Below are positions 18,832-27,569 of a stretch of 37,747 nucleotides of DNA, piece after piece. How positions within the stretch are numbered: position 1 is the stretch's first letter; every line of letters starts with the position of its first letter. Made by a program: the position numbers and the translations under genes. The notes beneath the pieces were generated by a model that was given only the letters and a program-made list of their open reading frames with translations, was not told where the DNA came from and made no database searches. The stretch is from positions 1 through 37,747 of the forward strand of contig JBNPEG010000021.1 of the NCBI GenBank assembly GCA_051117555.1, given 5' to 3'. Source of the stretch: Elainellaceae cyanobacterium (GTDB lineage: Bacteria > Cyanobacteriota > Cyanobacteriia > CAZCXK01).

Positions 18832-19044
18832 GTAGCTGTGTTAATTTGAACACACTTTCACACGGCAAACTCGGAGCTTCTTTGGAAAAATTTACAATCT
18901 TGAGCCAAGGCTGAAGAATACTCGAATTGGATGGCGTTGGGTTTATTCCAAACGTAACCTCCATAAACTAGAACACACAATGCGCTTTAAGTAAATTTGC
19001 TGACACCATTTAGATGATTTGCCACGATTTCTACCGGTGATATT

Positions 19045-20058
19045 TTGATTGACCCTGCACTATTTTCAATCCGGTATTGGCTTCGGCAAATCCTTTACGA
19101 TGCCGTTAGATCGACCTTTCCGAGTGGGGAAGCTGGGGCATCATCTGAATCTCTGATGTCTAAATCGCCACGCCAACTACACCCATTTAGCGTTCCTGTG
19201 AACAGGCTGAAAGACTCCAAAAACCTCTGCTATGTTTCCGCGATCGCCTTTAAACTGTCAAATCTGGTGAAAAATCCGCCATTAGGGGTGGCTCAGAAAT
19301 TAATAACCCTCCTCTCTGAGGCTGACGCCCCGATGCGCATTGACGCGATATCAGAATTATCTAATATCTGGCAACACATTCACGTAACTTGGACTGACCC
19401 TGGATGGATTTATCTGCAAATAGGCGATCGCGGACTTGCCGAATGGCTCACACTCCTCACGAATCCGTTGCTTGACGCGGGCGATCGCCCGATGATTCTC
19501 CGCAAACCACAAAATCGATTGCCTAGTTTTGCTGGATATAATAGCGAATTTTTTCAGAAATCAAACACTCTATTTGAAATTCAATACAGCCATGCTCGAT
19601 GTTGTTCTCTTCTGAAATTGGGCGATCGCGACGGATTAATTCGATTGAGTTCAGATCAGAATGCAACCTCACCTCATTCCCTCAATCATGACCTTAATCA
19701 CATAACTATACACATTGCCGACCCGATTCCTCTCCCTTGGCTTCGTGCAGACGCGATGCTGCAATTTGATCATCCCGCCGAACGAGCATTAATGCTTCGC
19801 TTAATAGCGACTTGGGATGAGCTATTAGATCGGCCACCCGCTCATCCTCCATTGCAGCCCAAGAACTACATGAAGCTTGCTCATCAGCTCAGCCAAGAAT
19901 TCCAGACGTTTTATCAAACCTGTCGTATGTTCGGTGACGAGAAAACTAATAGCCCAGGCCGAGTTCAAGCTCGACTCGGGCTTACTCTCGCAACCCAACG
20001 AGTCTTAAGGCTAATTCTCGAAAACGGAGTGGGGGCGATCGCTCCCGCACTGATATAG
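19045..20058 (+). CDS. DALR anticodon-binding domain protein (ArgRS-like, no catalytic domain)
   Basis: YVSAIAFKL, PGWIY, IQYSHARCCSLL, LSQEFQTFYQTCR, ARLGL..ATQRVL..GAIAP; no HIGH motif seen. Confidence 0.8.
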   Translation: MIDPALFSIRYWLRQILYDAVRSTFPSGEAGASSESLMSKSPRQLHPFSVPVNRLKDSKNLCYVSAIAFKLSNLVKNPPLGVAQKLITLLSEADAPMRIDAISELSNIWQHIHVTWTDPGWIYLQIGDRGLAEWLTLLTNPLLDAGDRPMILRKPQNRLPSFAGYNSEFFQKSNTLFEIQYSHARCCSLLKLGDRDGLIRLSSDQNATSPHSLNHDLNHITIHIADPIPLPWLRADAMLQFDHPAERALMLRLIATWDELLDRPPAHPPLQPKNYMKLAHQLSQEFQTFYQTCRMFGDEKTNSPGRVQARLGLTLATQRVLRLILENGVGAIAPALI

Positions 20059-20077
20059 AAAATTTCTGCCGGAGGGG

Positions 20078-20106
20078 GTGACAGGATATTTTCAGTGTGA
20101 TATTCT
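20078..20106 (+). promoter_or_regulatory. Sigma70-type promoter of Yfr2
   Basis: GTGACA (20078-83), 17 nt spacer, TATTCT (20101-06), placing the start at about 20113. Confidence 0.7.
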
Positions 20107-20112
20107 CGGAGT

Positions 20113-20175
20113 GTGTGAGGAGCGAACCAGCAAGGGCATCGAGACGAAACACGGTCAGTCGTCGATGCCCTTTCT
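20113..20175 (+). ncRNA. yfr2: Yfr2-family small RNA
   Basis: 5' GTGTGAGGAG (complementary to the Yfr1 CTCCTCACAC motif), then stem GGGCATCGA/TCGATGCCC with GAAACA in the loop and a short U-run. Confidence 0.75.
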
Positions 20176-20322
20176 GATGTTTAAATCGATTTCAAGCATT
20201 AATTCCTTTCAAGTATCAATTTCAAGTATCGCAACCGCCACAATCTTCATTAAGAGTCATGTCCTAGGCTAGGCTTACGCTAGGAATCGGCTGCCATTAC
20301 AAGTCCATCCTATTCTGGGCCA

Positions 20323-21201
20323 TCACAACAAGAATTCTTCAATGGCTCCGGCAACGCCATCATTCATTACATCGGGTGCGACCCACTGCGCCTTAGCCTT
20401 GACCTCAGCCGGGGCGTTGCCCATTGCCACCCCAATTCCCCCATATTCAAGCATTTCAACATCGTTAAAGTTATCCCCGACAGTCATAACTTGGCTAGAT
20501 TGAAGTCCTAACATAGTTTCAGCAAGATACTGCACGGCCACTCCTTTATTGACCAAAGGGTTAGCCGCCTCGAAGAAGGTTGCAATTGATTTAGTGAAAT
20601 ATAATTCTGCTGGCGTATATTGCTGGCGTAGTGACGATAAGACATGATCAATTAAGTCAATGTTGTCACTCAAGGCTAAGACTTTGGTGGGTTCCTGAAT
20701 TAATGCGCGACGCAAGTCGCCGACCACAATCGGCTCAACGCCAGAACGTTCTGCATACTCCCGCGTTTCAGAGGTGATTTCGCGAACGTAAAGCTGATCG
20801 TCAATATAAAAATGAATGGACAGCAGATGATTTAATTCAAGCTGCTCAAAATGCTCAAGCAGCTCAGTTGCGACGGTTTTGGAAACTGCCCAATGGCGAT
20901 GGAGCTTCGATGTGTGAGGATCTTTAATTAACGCACCTTGGTAGGCCAGCAGCGGCAGAGTCGAACCGACGTCATGATAAAACCGCAGGGCAGATCGATA
21001 CATTCGCCCCGTGGCGATCGCCACCTGAATCCCTTTCGCTTGAGCCGCTTGAATAGCGCATTTTACAACAGGCCGAATTTGGTTCGATTCTCCGGCAAGG
21101 GTGCCATCGATATCTAAAACAAGGAGACGAATATCGCGGTGAGCCATGGTGTATTGAATCCCCTGAGTAGAGGTCGAATTAAAGGCAGTCATCGAGTTCA
21201 T
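20323..21201 (-). CDS. Cof-type HAD-IIB hydrolase
   Basis: LDIDGTL, ATGR, NKG, GDNFNDVEML, AMGNA, DGVA motifs. Confidence 0.93.
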   Translation of the reverse strand: MNSMTAFNSTSTQGIQYTMAHRDIRLLVLDIDGTLAGESNQIRPVVKCAIQAAQAKGIQVAIATGRMYRSALRFYHDVGSTLPLLAYQGALIKDPHTSKLHRHWAVSKTVATELLEHFEQLELNHLLSIHFYIDDQLYVREITSETREYAERSGVEPIVVGDLRRALIQEPTKVLALSDNIDLIDHVLSSLRQQYTPAELYFTKSIATFFEAANPLVNKGVAVQYLAETMLGLQSSQVMTVGDNFNDVEMLEYGGIGVAMGNAPAEVKAKAQWVAPDVMNDGVAGAIEEFLL

Positions 21202-21240
21202 TACTGAGGGTAGCAGCCTGAGTCCCGAAGTGGAGCCAGG

Positions 21241-21325
21241 TTATACCAATTCTCGATTTTGGATTGGCGATTTTGGATTGGCGATTTTGGATTGGCGATT
21301 TTGGATTGACGATTTTGGATTGACG
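21241..21325. repeat. 14-bp tandem repeat, five copies (STRR-like), with conserved end motif
   Basis: CGATTTTGGATTG(G/A) five times at 21254-21323, preceded by TTATACCAATTCT; related inverted copy at 33127-33167. Confidence 0.9.
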
Positions 21326-21381
21326 GCCACCAGCCTTGCAAGGGTTCTAGCACTGTTTGGCAACAATAAGCCAACCATTTA

Positions 21382-21426
21382 AGTGCGGGCATCTTGCCCG
21401 CGACATGAGCGAGACGCTCACACTAC
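21382..21426. repeat. REP-like double hairpin
   Basis: AGTGCGGGCATCTTGCCCGC..TGAGCGAGACGCTCACACTAC; two palindromes ending in CTAC. Confidence 0.7.
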
Positions 21427-21554
21427 TGGCGTGGCACAGCTAATTTGGTGGATTAAAGTAGGTTGGGTTGAGGTTACGAAACCCAACAGCAGAAACCCTT
21501 TCGTTGGGTTACGCTATCGCTAACCCAACCTACTATTTTAGGCGTGTCAAACCA
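21427..21554. mobile_element. Putative MITE-like element carrying a REPIN
   Basis: Imperfect terminal inverted repeats TGGCGTGGCA / TGTCAAACCA, flanked by CTAC on both sides (21423-26, 21555-58). Confidence 0.45.
21458..21533. repeat. REP doublet (REPIN-like)
   Basis: GTAGGTTGGGTT..AACCCAAC spacer GTTGGGTT..AACCCAACCTAC; inverted GTAG-type REP pair. Confidence 0.8.
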
Positions 21555-21741
21555 CTACGGGTATGAAACTTCCGCCATCTTGTACTAGCCTGTTCATTGG
21601 TTAGCCTTACTTCGAAGAATTGATGCTAAGACTGGATACGCAATACATTGGAGATTTTGGTAGAGTTTTGCCTAATTTTTGCCAAATCGGGGTTGAGACA
21701 CCGCCCTACAGCACCGTCGTTTCCGTGATAGCCTTTGGGCT

Positions 21742-22701
21742 ATGACTGAGGCACGAAATCGACGTAAAGCAAGTTACCACGTTCTAATTGCAACACTTTG
21801 GCTAACGTTAATAGTACTAGCGGTAAAAGTATGGGCAGGATGGGCAGCACAATCACTCAGCTTATTAGCAGAATCATTACACACCCTGATTGATGGCTTT
21901 AGCGTCATGCTGAGTCTTATCGCCGTGTCGTCCCCTTATCGATTTTCAAGTCGAGACGTCTGGGGACACAGTCAACAAGAAACGGCAATGATTTTAGGAC
22001 TGACCTCGTTTCTGGGGTTCACCGGATTCAGCTTACTCATACTCTCGATTCAACAACTCGAATTGACGAGTCACTATTTGAGCACACTTTTTCCAGTACA
22101 GATTGGCTTACCCTTGGTGCAGCTCTTTGGAGTCATTGTCGCAGTCAGCTTTTGTCTAACCATTTTTGTGCGCTACGAAGCCGGTGTATTAGAAAGCGGA
22201 GCATTGCGACTCAATGCTCATCAGCTTCTTCGTCATGCATGGCTAACACTGCTGGTTTTTATTGCACTGGTTGGAATTTGGCTCGGCTATGCTTGGGTTG
22301 ATCCGTTGCTTGCTCTCCTGCTAGTGCTGCTTATCATTCCCGGTTTTTGGAGAATTTTATGCTGGCATCTACCCTTATTTGTGCGTCAGGTGGCGATCGC
22401 CCCCGAAGCAATCATTCAAATTGTCAAACAAATTGAAGGGATTACCCACTGTTATCAAATTCGATCGTGGGGTATCGTCGGGCGGCAAGTTGTTGTGGAA
22501 ATGAGGCTGACGATTCATGCAAAATTTGCGGACATGGCTCCGGTAATTGCAGAAAAAATCGAAGGGCGAATCCGAGAAAACTATGGGCCCGTCAACGTTC
22601 GCATTCAGATCGATGACAGCCATCTGCCCCCATCTCAGACGCTCAATAGTGAAAATTTGCATGCGTTTCCAGATTTGAACGGGAAGCCAGATTGGAACTG
22701 A
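21742..22701 (+). CDS. Cation diffusion facilitator family transporter
   Basis: SLSLLAESLHTLID, six TM segments, C-terminal ZT-dimer-like domain. Confidence 0.85.
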   Translation: MTEARNRRKASYHVLIATLWLTLIVLAVKVWAGWAAQSLSLLAESLHTLIDGFSVMLSLIAVSSPYRFSSRDVWGHSQQETAMILGLTSFLGFTGFSLLILSIQQLELTSHYLSTLFPVQIGLPLVQLFGVIVAVSFCLTIFVRYEAGVLESGALRLNAHQLLRHAWLTLLVFIALVGIWLGYAWVDPLLALLLVLLIIPGFWRILCWHLPLFVRQVAIAPEAIIQIVKQIEGITHCYQIRSWGIVGRQVVVEMRLTIHAKFADMAPVIAEKIEGRIRENYGPVNVRIQIDDSHLPPSQTLNSENLHAFPDLNGKPDWN

Positions 22702-22717
22702 ACGGTACAATCAGGAT

Positions 22718-25630
22718 ATGGGAAAATCTTCAAACCACACTCCTCCATTATTCATTCTGGTGGACGGGCATTCGCTGGCGTTCCGGTCATACTATGCCCA
22801 CGCAAAAGGTCGAGACGGCGGCTTGCGAACTTCTACGGGCATTCCGACCAGTGTGTCATACGGGTTTCTCAGATCTTTTCTCGACATGATGGAGGCTGAG
22901 CAGCCCGATTATGCAGCGGTGGCGTTTGACCTGGATGCTCCGACGTTTCGCCATGACGCAGATTCTACGTATAAGGACGGTCGCGTCGAAGCGCCAGAAG
23001 ACTTTTTCCCAGACCTGGAAAATCTGCAAACCATTCTCAAAGCGTTTAATCTCCCCGTACTCACTGCTGAAGGGTTTGAGGCAGATGATGTGCTGGGCAC
23101 TGTGACCCGACGCGCCAGTGAGGCGGGCTTTCAGGTCAAGATTCTCAGTGGCGATCGCGATCTCTTTCAGCTTGTTGATGCTGACAAACAAGTGTCAGTG
23201 CTGTACTTGAGCAGTGCATTTGGTCCGCGTGGCAACTCAGGCGCCATGGAAATCGGCCCCCAGCAGGTTGAAGAAAAGATGGGCATCGTGCCGACTCAAG
23301 TCGTTGACTATAAAGCGCTCTGCGGCGATTCGTCCGATAATATTCCGGGTGTGAAAGGCATTGGCGCAAAAACAGCGGTTCAGCTTCTGAGCGAATATCA
23401 ATCCCTAGAGGGGATTTATAACGCAATCGAACAGACTAAAGGCGCTGTCCGCAAAAAATTAGAAGCAGGTCGAGACAGTGCCTTTCACTCGCAATTCATG
23501 GCACAAATTCACTTAGATGTGCCCCTTGACATCGAGCTCGACGACTGCAAGCTCAAAGGCTTTGATCCTGATGCAGTTGCTTCTCTCTTGCAACATCTTG
23601 AATTTCGGCAGTTTATCAATCGCTTGCCCAAACTCCAGCGCGTATTTGGCGGAGAGGTATCGGCAGATGAGATTGCGGCCATTTCAGATGGCAAACCCGC
23701 TCCCGACGATGACGATGATGATCTCTGGTTTTTTAGCCCAGAAGAGACCAATGCCAGTCAACGGGTGCTCAAAGCAACCATTACGCCCACCCTCATCGAC
23801 ACGCCTGAAAAGCTCGAAACACTCGTCAAAACGCTCCAAGGATGCACCAATCCTGATATTCCGGTTGCGTGGGATACTGAAACGACCGCCCTAGACCCTA
23901 GAGATGCCGACCTTGTTGGCATTGGCTGCTGCTGGGACAGCGCTCTCGACGATGTCGCCTACATTCCAATTGGGCATCACACTGGCAAAAATCTAGATCT
24001 CTCTCTAGTGTTAGATACGCTCCGTCCGATTTTGGAGAGCGTCCAGTATCCTAAAGCATTTCAAAATTGCAAATTTGATCGACTCGTTTTGCGGGCTCAG
24101 GGCATTCATATTCAAGGGGTTGTGTTTGATCCCATGTTGGCAAGCTATGTCCTTAACCCTGAAGCAAGTCACAATTTGGGTGATTTGGCACTGCGCTATC
24201 TCAACCTCGCTACCCAGAGCTACAGCGACTTGGTGCCCAAAGGGAAAACCATTGCCGATTTAGACATCGAATCAGTTGCAGACTATTGCGGCACCGATGT
24301 ATACACGACATTTCACCTCGTTCCTAAACTTCGGGCAGAATTAAACGCTATTCCTCGGCTGCAAGAACTGTTTAAGACGGTCGAATTGCCGCTGGAAGCC
24401 GTTTTGGCAGAGATGGAATATCAGGGCATTCGGATTGACCGAGAGTACCTCAAGACATTTTCTGAAAATCTCAGCAAAGATTTAGAGGCCTTAGAAAAGC
24501 AAGCCTATGAGTTCGCGGGCGAAGAATTTAACCTGGGATCGCCGAAGCAACTGAGTGAGCTGCTATTTGAAACCTTGAAACTCGATCGGCGCAAGTCGCG
24601 CAAAATCAAGACGGGCTATTCAACAGATGCCGCCACGCTCGAAAAGCTCCAGGGTGATCATCCCGTCATTGATGCGATTACCGAGTATCGAACCCTTTCC
24701 AAACTCAAATCAACCTACGTCGATGCACTTCCAGATTTGGTGCATCCCAAGACGCAACGGGTTCACACTGACTTTAATCAAGCAGTGACTGCAACCGGGC
24801 GATTGTCGTCTTCAAATCCCAATTTACAAAACATCCCGATTCGGACGGCCTTCAGCCGTCAGATTCGAGCGGCATTCGTGCCAGAACCTGGTTGGCTTTT
24901 GGTTGCAGCAGATTATTCTCAAATTGAGTTGCGAATTCTGGCTCACTTGAGCGAAGAGCCTGTGCTGGTTGAAACCTATCGCAATAATCAAGATGTGCAT
25001 CGCTTAACGGCACAACTGCTCTTTGAAAAGGATGACATTACGGCTGAAGAGCGGCGATTAGGGAAAGTCATTAACTTTGGGGTGATTTACGGCATGGGAG
25101 CCTCTCGATTTGCCCGGGAAGCAGGTGTGAGTCGAGGCGAGGCTAAGATCTTTATCGATCGCTTCTATGAGCGGTATCCGCTGGTGTTTGAGTATTTGCA
25201 ACGCATGGAGCGGCAGGCGATCGCCACTGGATATGTGCAAACCATCTTAGGCCGCCGTCGATATTTTAATTTCACAAGCGATCGCCTCAAACGATTGCAT
25301 GGGACTAATCCTGATGATATCGATCTCAACCAAGTTCGTTCACCAGGTCAATACGATGCGGGCTTGCTTCGAGCGGCAGCGAATGCCCCTATTCAAGGAT
25401 CGAGCGCCGACATCATCAAAATTGCGATGGTGCGGCTGCATGAGGTTCTCAAGGACTATCAAGCGCGTCTGCTATTGCAAGTTCATGACGAATTGATATT
25501 TGAAGTGCCACCCGATGAATGGCAAGACATACAGCCCAAGATTAGATCTGAGATGGAATCTGCTGTTGATCTCAGAGTTCCGCTCGTCGCAGAGGCAAAT
25601 GCAGGGCAAAATTGGATGGAAACCAAATAA
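22718..25630 (+). CDS. polA: DNA polymerase I
   Basis: LVDGHSLAFR, EADD, GDSSDNIPGVKGIG, DTET, TGRLSSSNPNLQNIP, DYSQIELR, QVHDEL. Confidence 0.99.
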   Translation: MGKSSNHTPPLFILVDGHSLAFRSYYAHAKGRDGGLRTSTGIPTSVSYGFLRSFLDMMEAEQPDYAAVAFDLDAPTFRHDADSTYKDGRVEAPEDFFPDLENLQTILKAFNLPVLTAEGFEADDVLGTVTRRASEAGFQVKILSGDRDLFQLVDADKQVSVLYLSSAFGPRGNSGAMEIGPQQVEEKMGIVPTQVVDYKALCGDSSDNIPGVKGIGAKTAVQLLSEYQSLEGIYNAIEQTKGAVRKKLEAGRDSAFHSQFMAQIHLDVPLDIELDDCKLKGFDPDAVASLLQHLEFRQFINRLPKLQRVFGGEVSADEIAAISDGKPAPDDDDDDLWFFSPEETNASQRVLKATITPTLIDTPEKLETLVKTLQGCTNPDIPVAWDTETTALDPRDADLVGIGCCWDSALDDVAYIPIGHHTGKNLDLSLVLDTLRPILESVQYPKAFQNCKFDRLVLRAQGIHIQGVVFDPMLASYVLNPEASHNLGDLALRYLNLATQSYSDLVPKGKTIADLDIESVADYCGTDVYTTFHLVPKLRAELNAIPRLQELFKTVELPLEAVLAEMEYQGIRIDREYLKTFSENLSKDLEALEKQAYEFAGEEFNLGSPKQLSELLFETLKLDRRKSRKIKTGYSTDAATLEKLQGDHPVIDAITEYRTLSKLKSTYVDALPDLVHPKTQRVHTDFNQAVTATGRLSSSNPNLQNIPIRTAFSRQIRAAFVPEPGWLLVAADYSQIELRILAHLSEEPVLVETYRNNQDVHRLTAQLLFEKDDITAEERRLGKVINFGVIYGMGASRFAREAGVSRGEAKIFIDRFYERYPLVFEYLQRMERQAIATGYVQTILGRRRYFNFTSDRLKRLHGTNPDDIDLNQVRSPGQYDAGLLRAAANAPIQGSSADIIKIAMVRLHEVLKDYQARLLLQVHDELIFEVPPDEWQDIQPKIRSEMESAVDLRVPLVAEANAGQNWMETK

Positions 25631-25668
25631 GCTGATTGATATAGATCTGCTCTTTCCCTAGTTGACTC

Positions 25669-26361
25669 ATGGACCAACTGGATATCTTCATCTTGGCAGT
25701 CTATCTAATTACGGTTGCCTACATTCTCTATCAGGCAAGAAATGCGCTAGCCCAGCAAACTAAAATCTCGCTCAACGCAGATCAGCTCAATCAAGAGCTT
25801 GAGAGACGGGGAATTCAGGAGTACGTCGAGATCGATCTTAAATTTGAGGGAAGCTATTTGCTAAGCGATGATCCGAAGGCAGATAAACAGCCCAAGACCT
25901 TGGCACTCAACGTCAAAAATAATTCAGATGATGCCATTTATATCGATTGGGATAGAAGTTCGCTGACTGATTTGGGGGGGCGATCGCGACGAGTGATTCG
26001 CCTAGTATCTTACAAAAGCCTAGACCTCTCCTATCCTCAGGTGTTTAGCGTTGTAGGGCCTGGACAAACGCTTTCAGAAAAAATTACGGCAGAAGATTTG
26101 CTCGAGCGAAGTGCCGAAACCGATACGCTCGAAGCAACGAAACCTCTTATTAATATTCAGGGACTAAAAGATTCAAAAGATGACAGCAAGAAGGCGCTTC
26201 ACAACGATTTTATGGCAGAAAAAGCGCCCTTGAATTACTATCTATGCCTAGTTATGCGGATTGCTGACCCTGCCGACCCTGCTCGGGCCGATCGCCTCTA
26301 CAATGTTCGCTGCGAAATTCAGGTGAAAAAATTGCCGTGGACGATTGTGCTGCCCTGGTAG
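25669..26361 (+). CDS. Hypothetical protein with N-terminal membrane anchor
   Basis: 230 aa ORF with N-terminal TM helix, co-oriented after polA. Confidence 0.75.
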   Translation: MDQLDIFILAVYLITVAYILYQARNALAQQTKISLNADQLNQELERRGIQEYVEIDLKFEGSYLLSDDPKADKQPKTLALNVKNNSDDAIYIDWDRSSLTDLGGRSRRVIRLVSYKSLDLSYPQVFSVVGPGQTLSEKITAEDLLERSAETDTLEATKPLINIQGLKDSKDDSKKALHNDFMAEKAPLNYYLCLVMRIADPADPARADRLYNVRCEIQVKKLPWTIVLPW

Positions 26362-26406
26362 GCGAAATCGTGATCGAAATGGGCAATACCCACTAGACTA
26401 GACATA

Positions 26407-26810
26407 AGGGAAGAGTAGGCGAAGGCGGTTGCAGGCTGTAGCCTGAGGAAAGTCCGGGCTCCCGAAAGACCAGACTTGCTGGGTAACGCCCAGTGCGGGT
26501 GACCGTGAGGATAGTGCCACAGAAACATACCGCCGATGGAAAGGTTGAAGATGACTGTAACGTCAGACTACAACCTTTCACAGGTAAGGGTGCAAAGGTG
26601 CGGTAAGAGCGCACCAGCAGCGTCGTGAGGCGCTGGCTCGGTAAACCCCGGTCGGGAGCAAGGTCGGAGGAACGACGGTTGGTCTTTTACCGGTTCCGTG
26701 TTTAAGTACCGCTAGAGGCATCTGGTAACAGATGTCCCAGATAGATGACCGCCCTTCTAATGGTTCATCCATTAGAAGAACAGAACCCGGCTTATGTCCT
26801 ACTCTTCTCT
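26407..26810 (+). ncRNA. rnpB: RNase P RNA (type A)
   Basis: GAGGAAAGTCCGGGCT, AGTGCCACAGAAA, GGTAAACCCC, AACAGAACCCGGCTTA; P1 stem AGGGAAGAGTAGG/CCTACTCTTCTCT; -10 TAGACT at 26394-99. Confidence 0.98.
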
Positions 26811-26824
26811 AAATCTCGCTTGAT

Positions 26825-27559
26825 ATGAGTTTTAGCGATCTGCGTCGACACAAACAACTTCAACAGTTCGTCCAAAAGCTTGGACTCGATGAATCCATAC
26901 CCGTAAATTGGTCGTTGCTGCATCAAGCTCTAACCCATGCTACATTTTCAGCTCAGGCAAACTACGAAAAGCTCGAATTTGTTGGAGATGCGGTAATTCG
27001 TCTAGCTGCTGCAGAATTTTTATACGAAACATATCCTGATGCGACTGAGGGAGAGCTTTCGGCCATTCGTTCGGTATTGGTGAGCGATCGCATCTTGTTT
27101 GAAATTGCCGAATGTTATGGGCTTGAGCGCTATCTTTTAATCGGCAGCAGCGCCGTAAGCAATCGAGCCGGACGACAAACCAGACTCGCCGCTGCCTTTG
27201 AAGCTGTCTTAGCAGCACTGTATCTCAGCACCCATACCCTCGAACTGGTTTGCCCCTGGTTAAATTCTCACCTGCAACACTACACCGAAACAATTCGCCA
27301 AGACCCGACCTTCCATAACTATAAAGGTGCCTTGCAAGCGTGGACGCAAGCTCATTGGCAAACTCTGCCTGACTATCGAGTGACTGAAATTGGGCAAACT
27401 TATGGAGACATGGAACGGTTTGTCGCCGAAGTTTGGTTCCAAGGCAAATCCTGGGGGCAGGGCAAAGGTCCGTCCAAGAAGGCAGCTGAGCAAGCGGCTG
27501 CGCAAGCAGCATTTCAAACCTTGCAGCAAATGACTGAGTCACAACACCCACGCGCATGA
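26825..27559 (+). CDS. rnc: Ribonuclease III
   Basis: ALTH, YEKLEFVGDAV signature, C-terminal dsRBD (NYKGALQ..G.GPSKKAAEQAAA). Confidence 0.95.
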   Translation: MSFSDLRRHKQLQQFVQKLGLDESIPVNWSLLHQALTHATFSAQANYEKLEFVGDAVIRLAAAEFLYETYPDATEGELSAIRSVLVSDRILFEIAECYGLERYLLIGSSAVSNRAGRQTRLAAAFEAVLAALYLSTHTLELVCPWLNSHLQHYTETIRQDPTFHNYKGALQAWTQAHWQTLPDYRVTEIGQTYGDMERFVAEVWFQGKSWGQGKGPSKKAAEQAAAQAAFQTLQQMTESQHPRA

Positions 27560-27569
27560 GGGTTAGACG

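Noticed and set aside
20111..20123. Yfr1 sRNA on the minus strand
   Set aside because: The motif is GCTCCTCACAC rather than ACTCCTCACAC, and the promoter and hairpin orientation fit + strand Yfr2.
21254..21323. Possible CRISPR array
   Set aside because: Contiguous 14-bp units with no unique spacers and no cas genes nearby.
21201..21392. ORF 21201..21392 (-)
   Set aside because: Its translation (IQNRQSKI repeats) is just the tandem repeat read through.
23700..23730. Poly-Asp stretch in PolA as an insertion or intein
   Set aside because: It is a short acidic interdomain linker with no intein motifs, and the protein length is normal.
26319..26772. Short minus-strand ORFs over rnpB
   Set aside because: Shadow ORFs antisense to the RNase P RNA.
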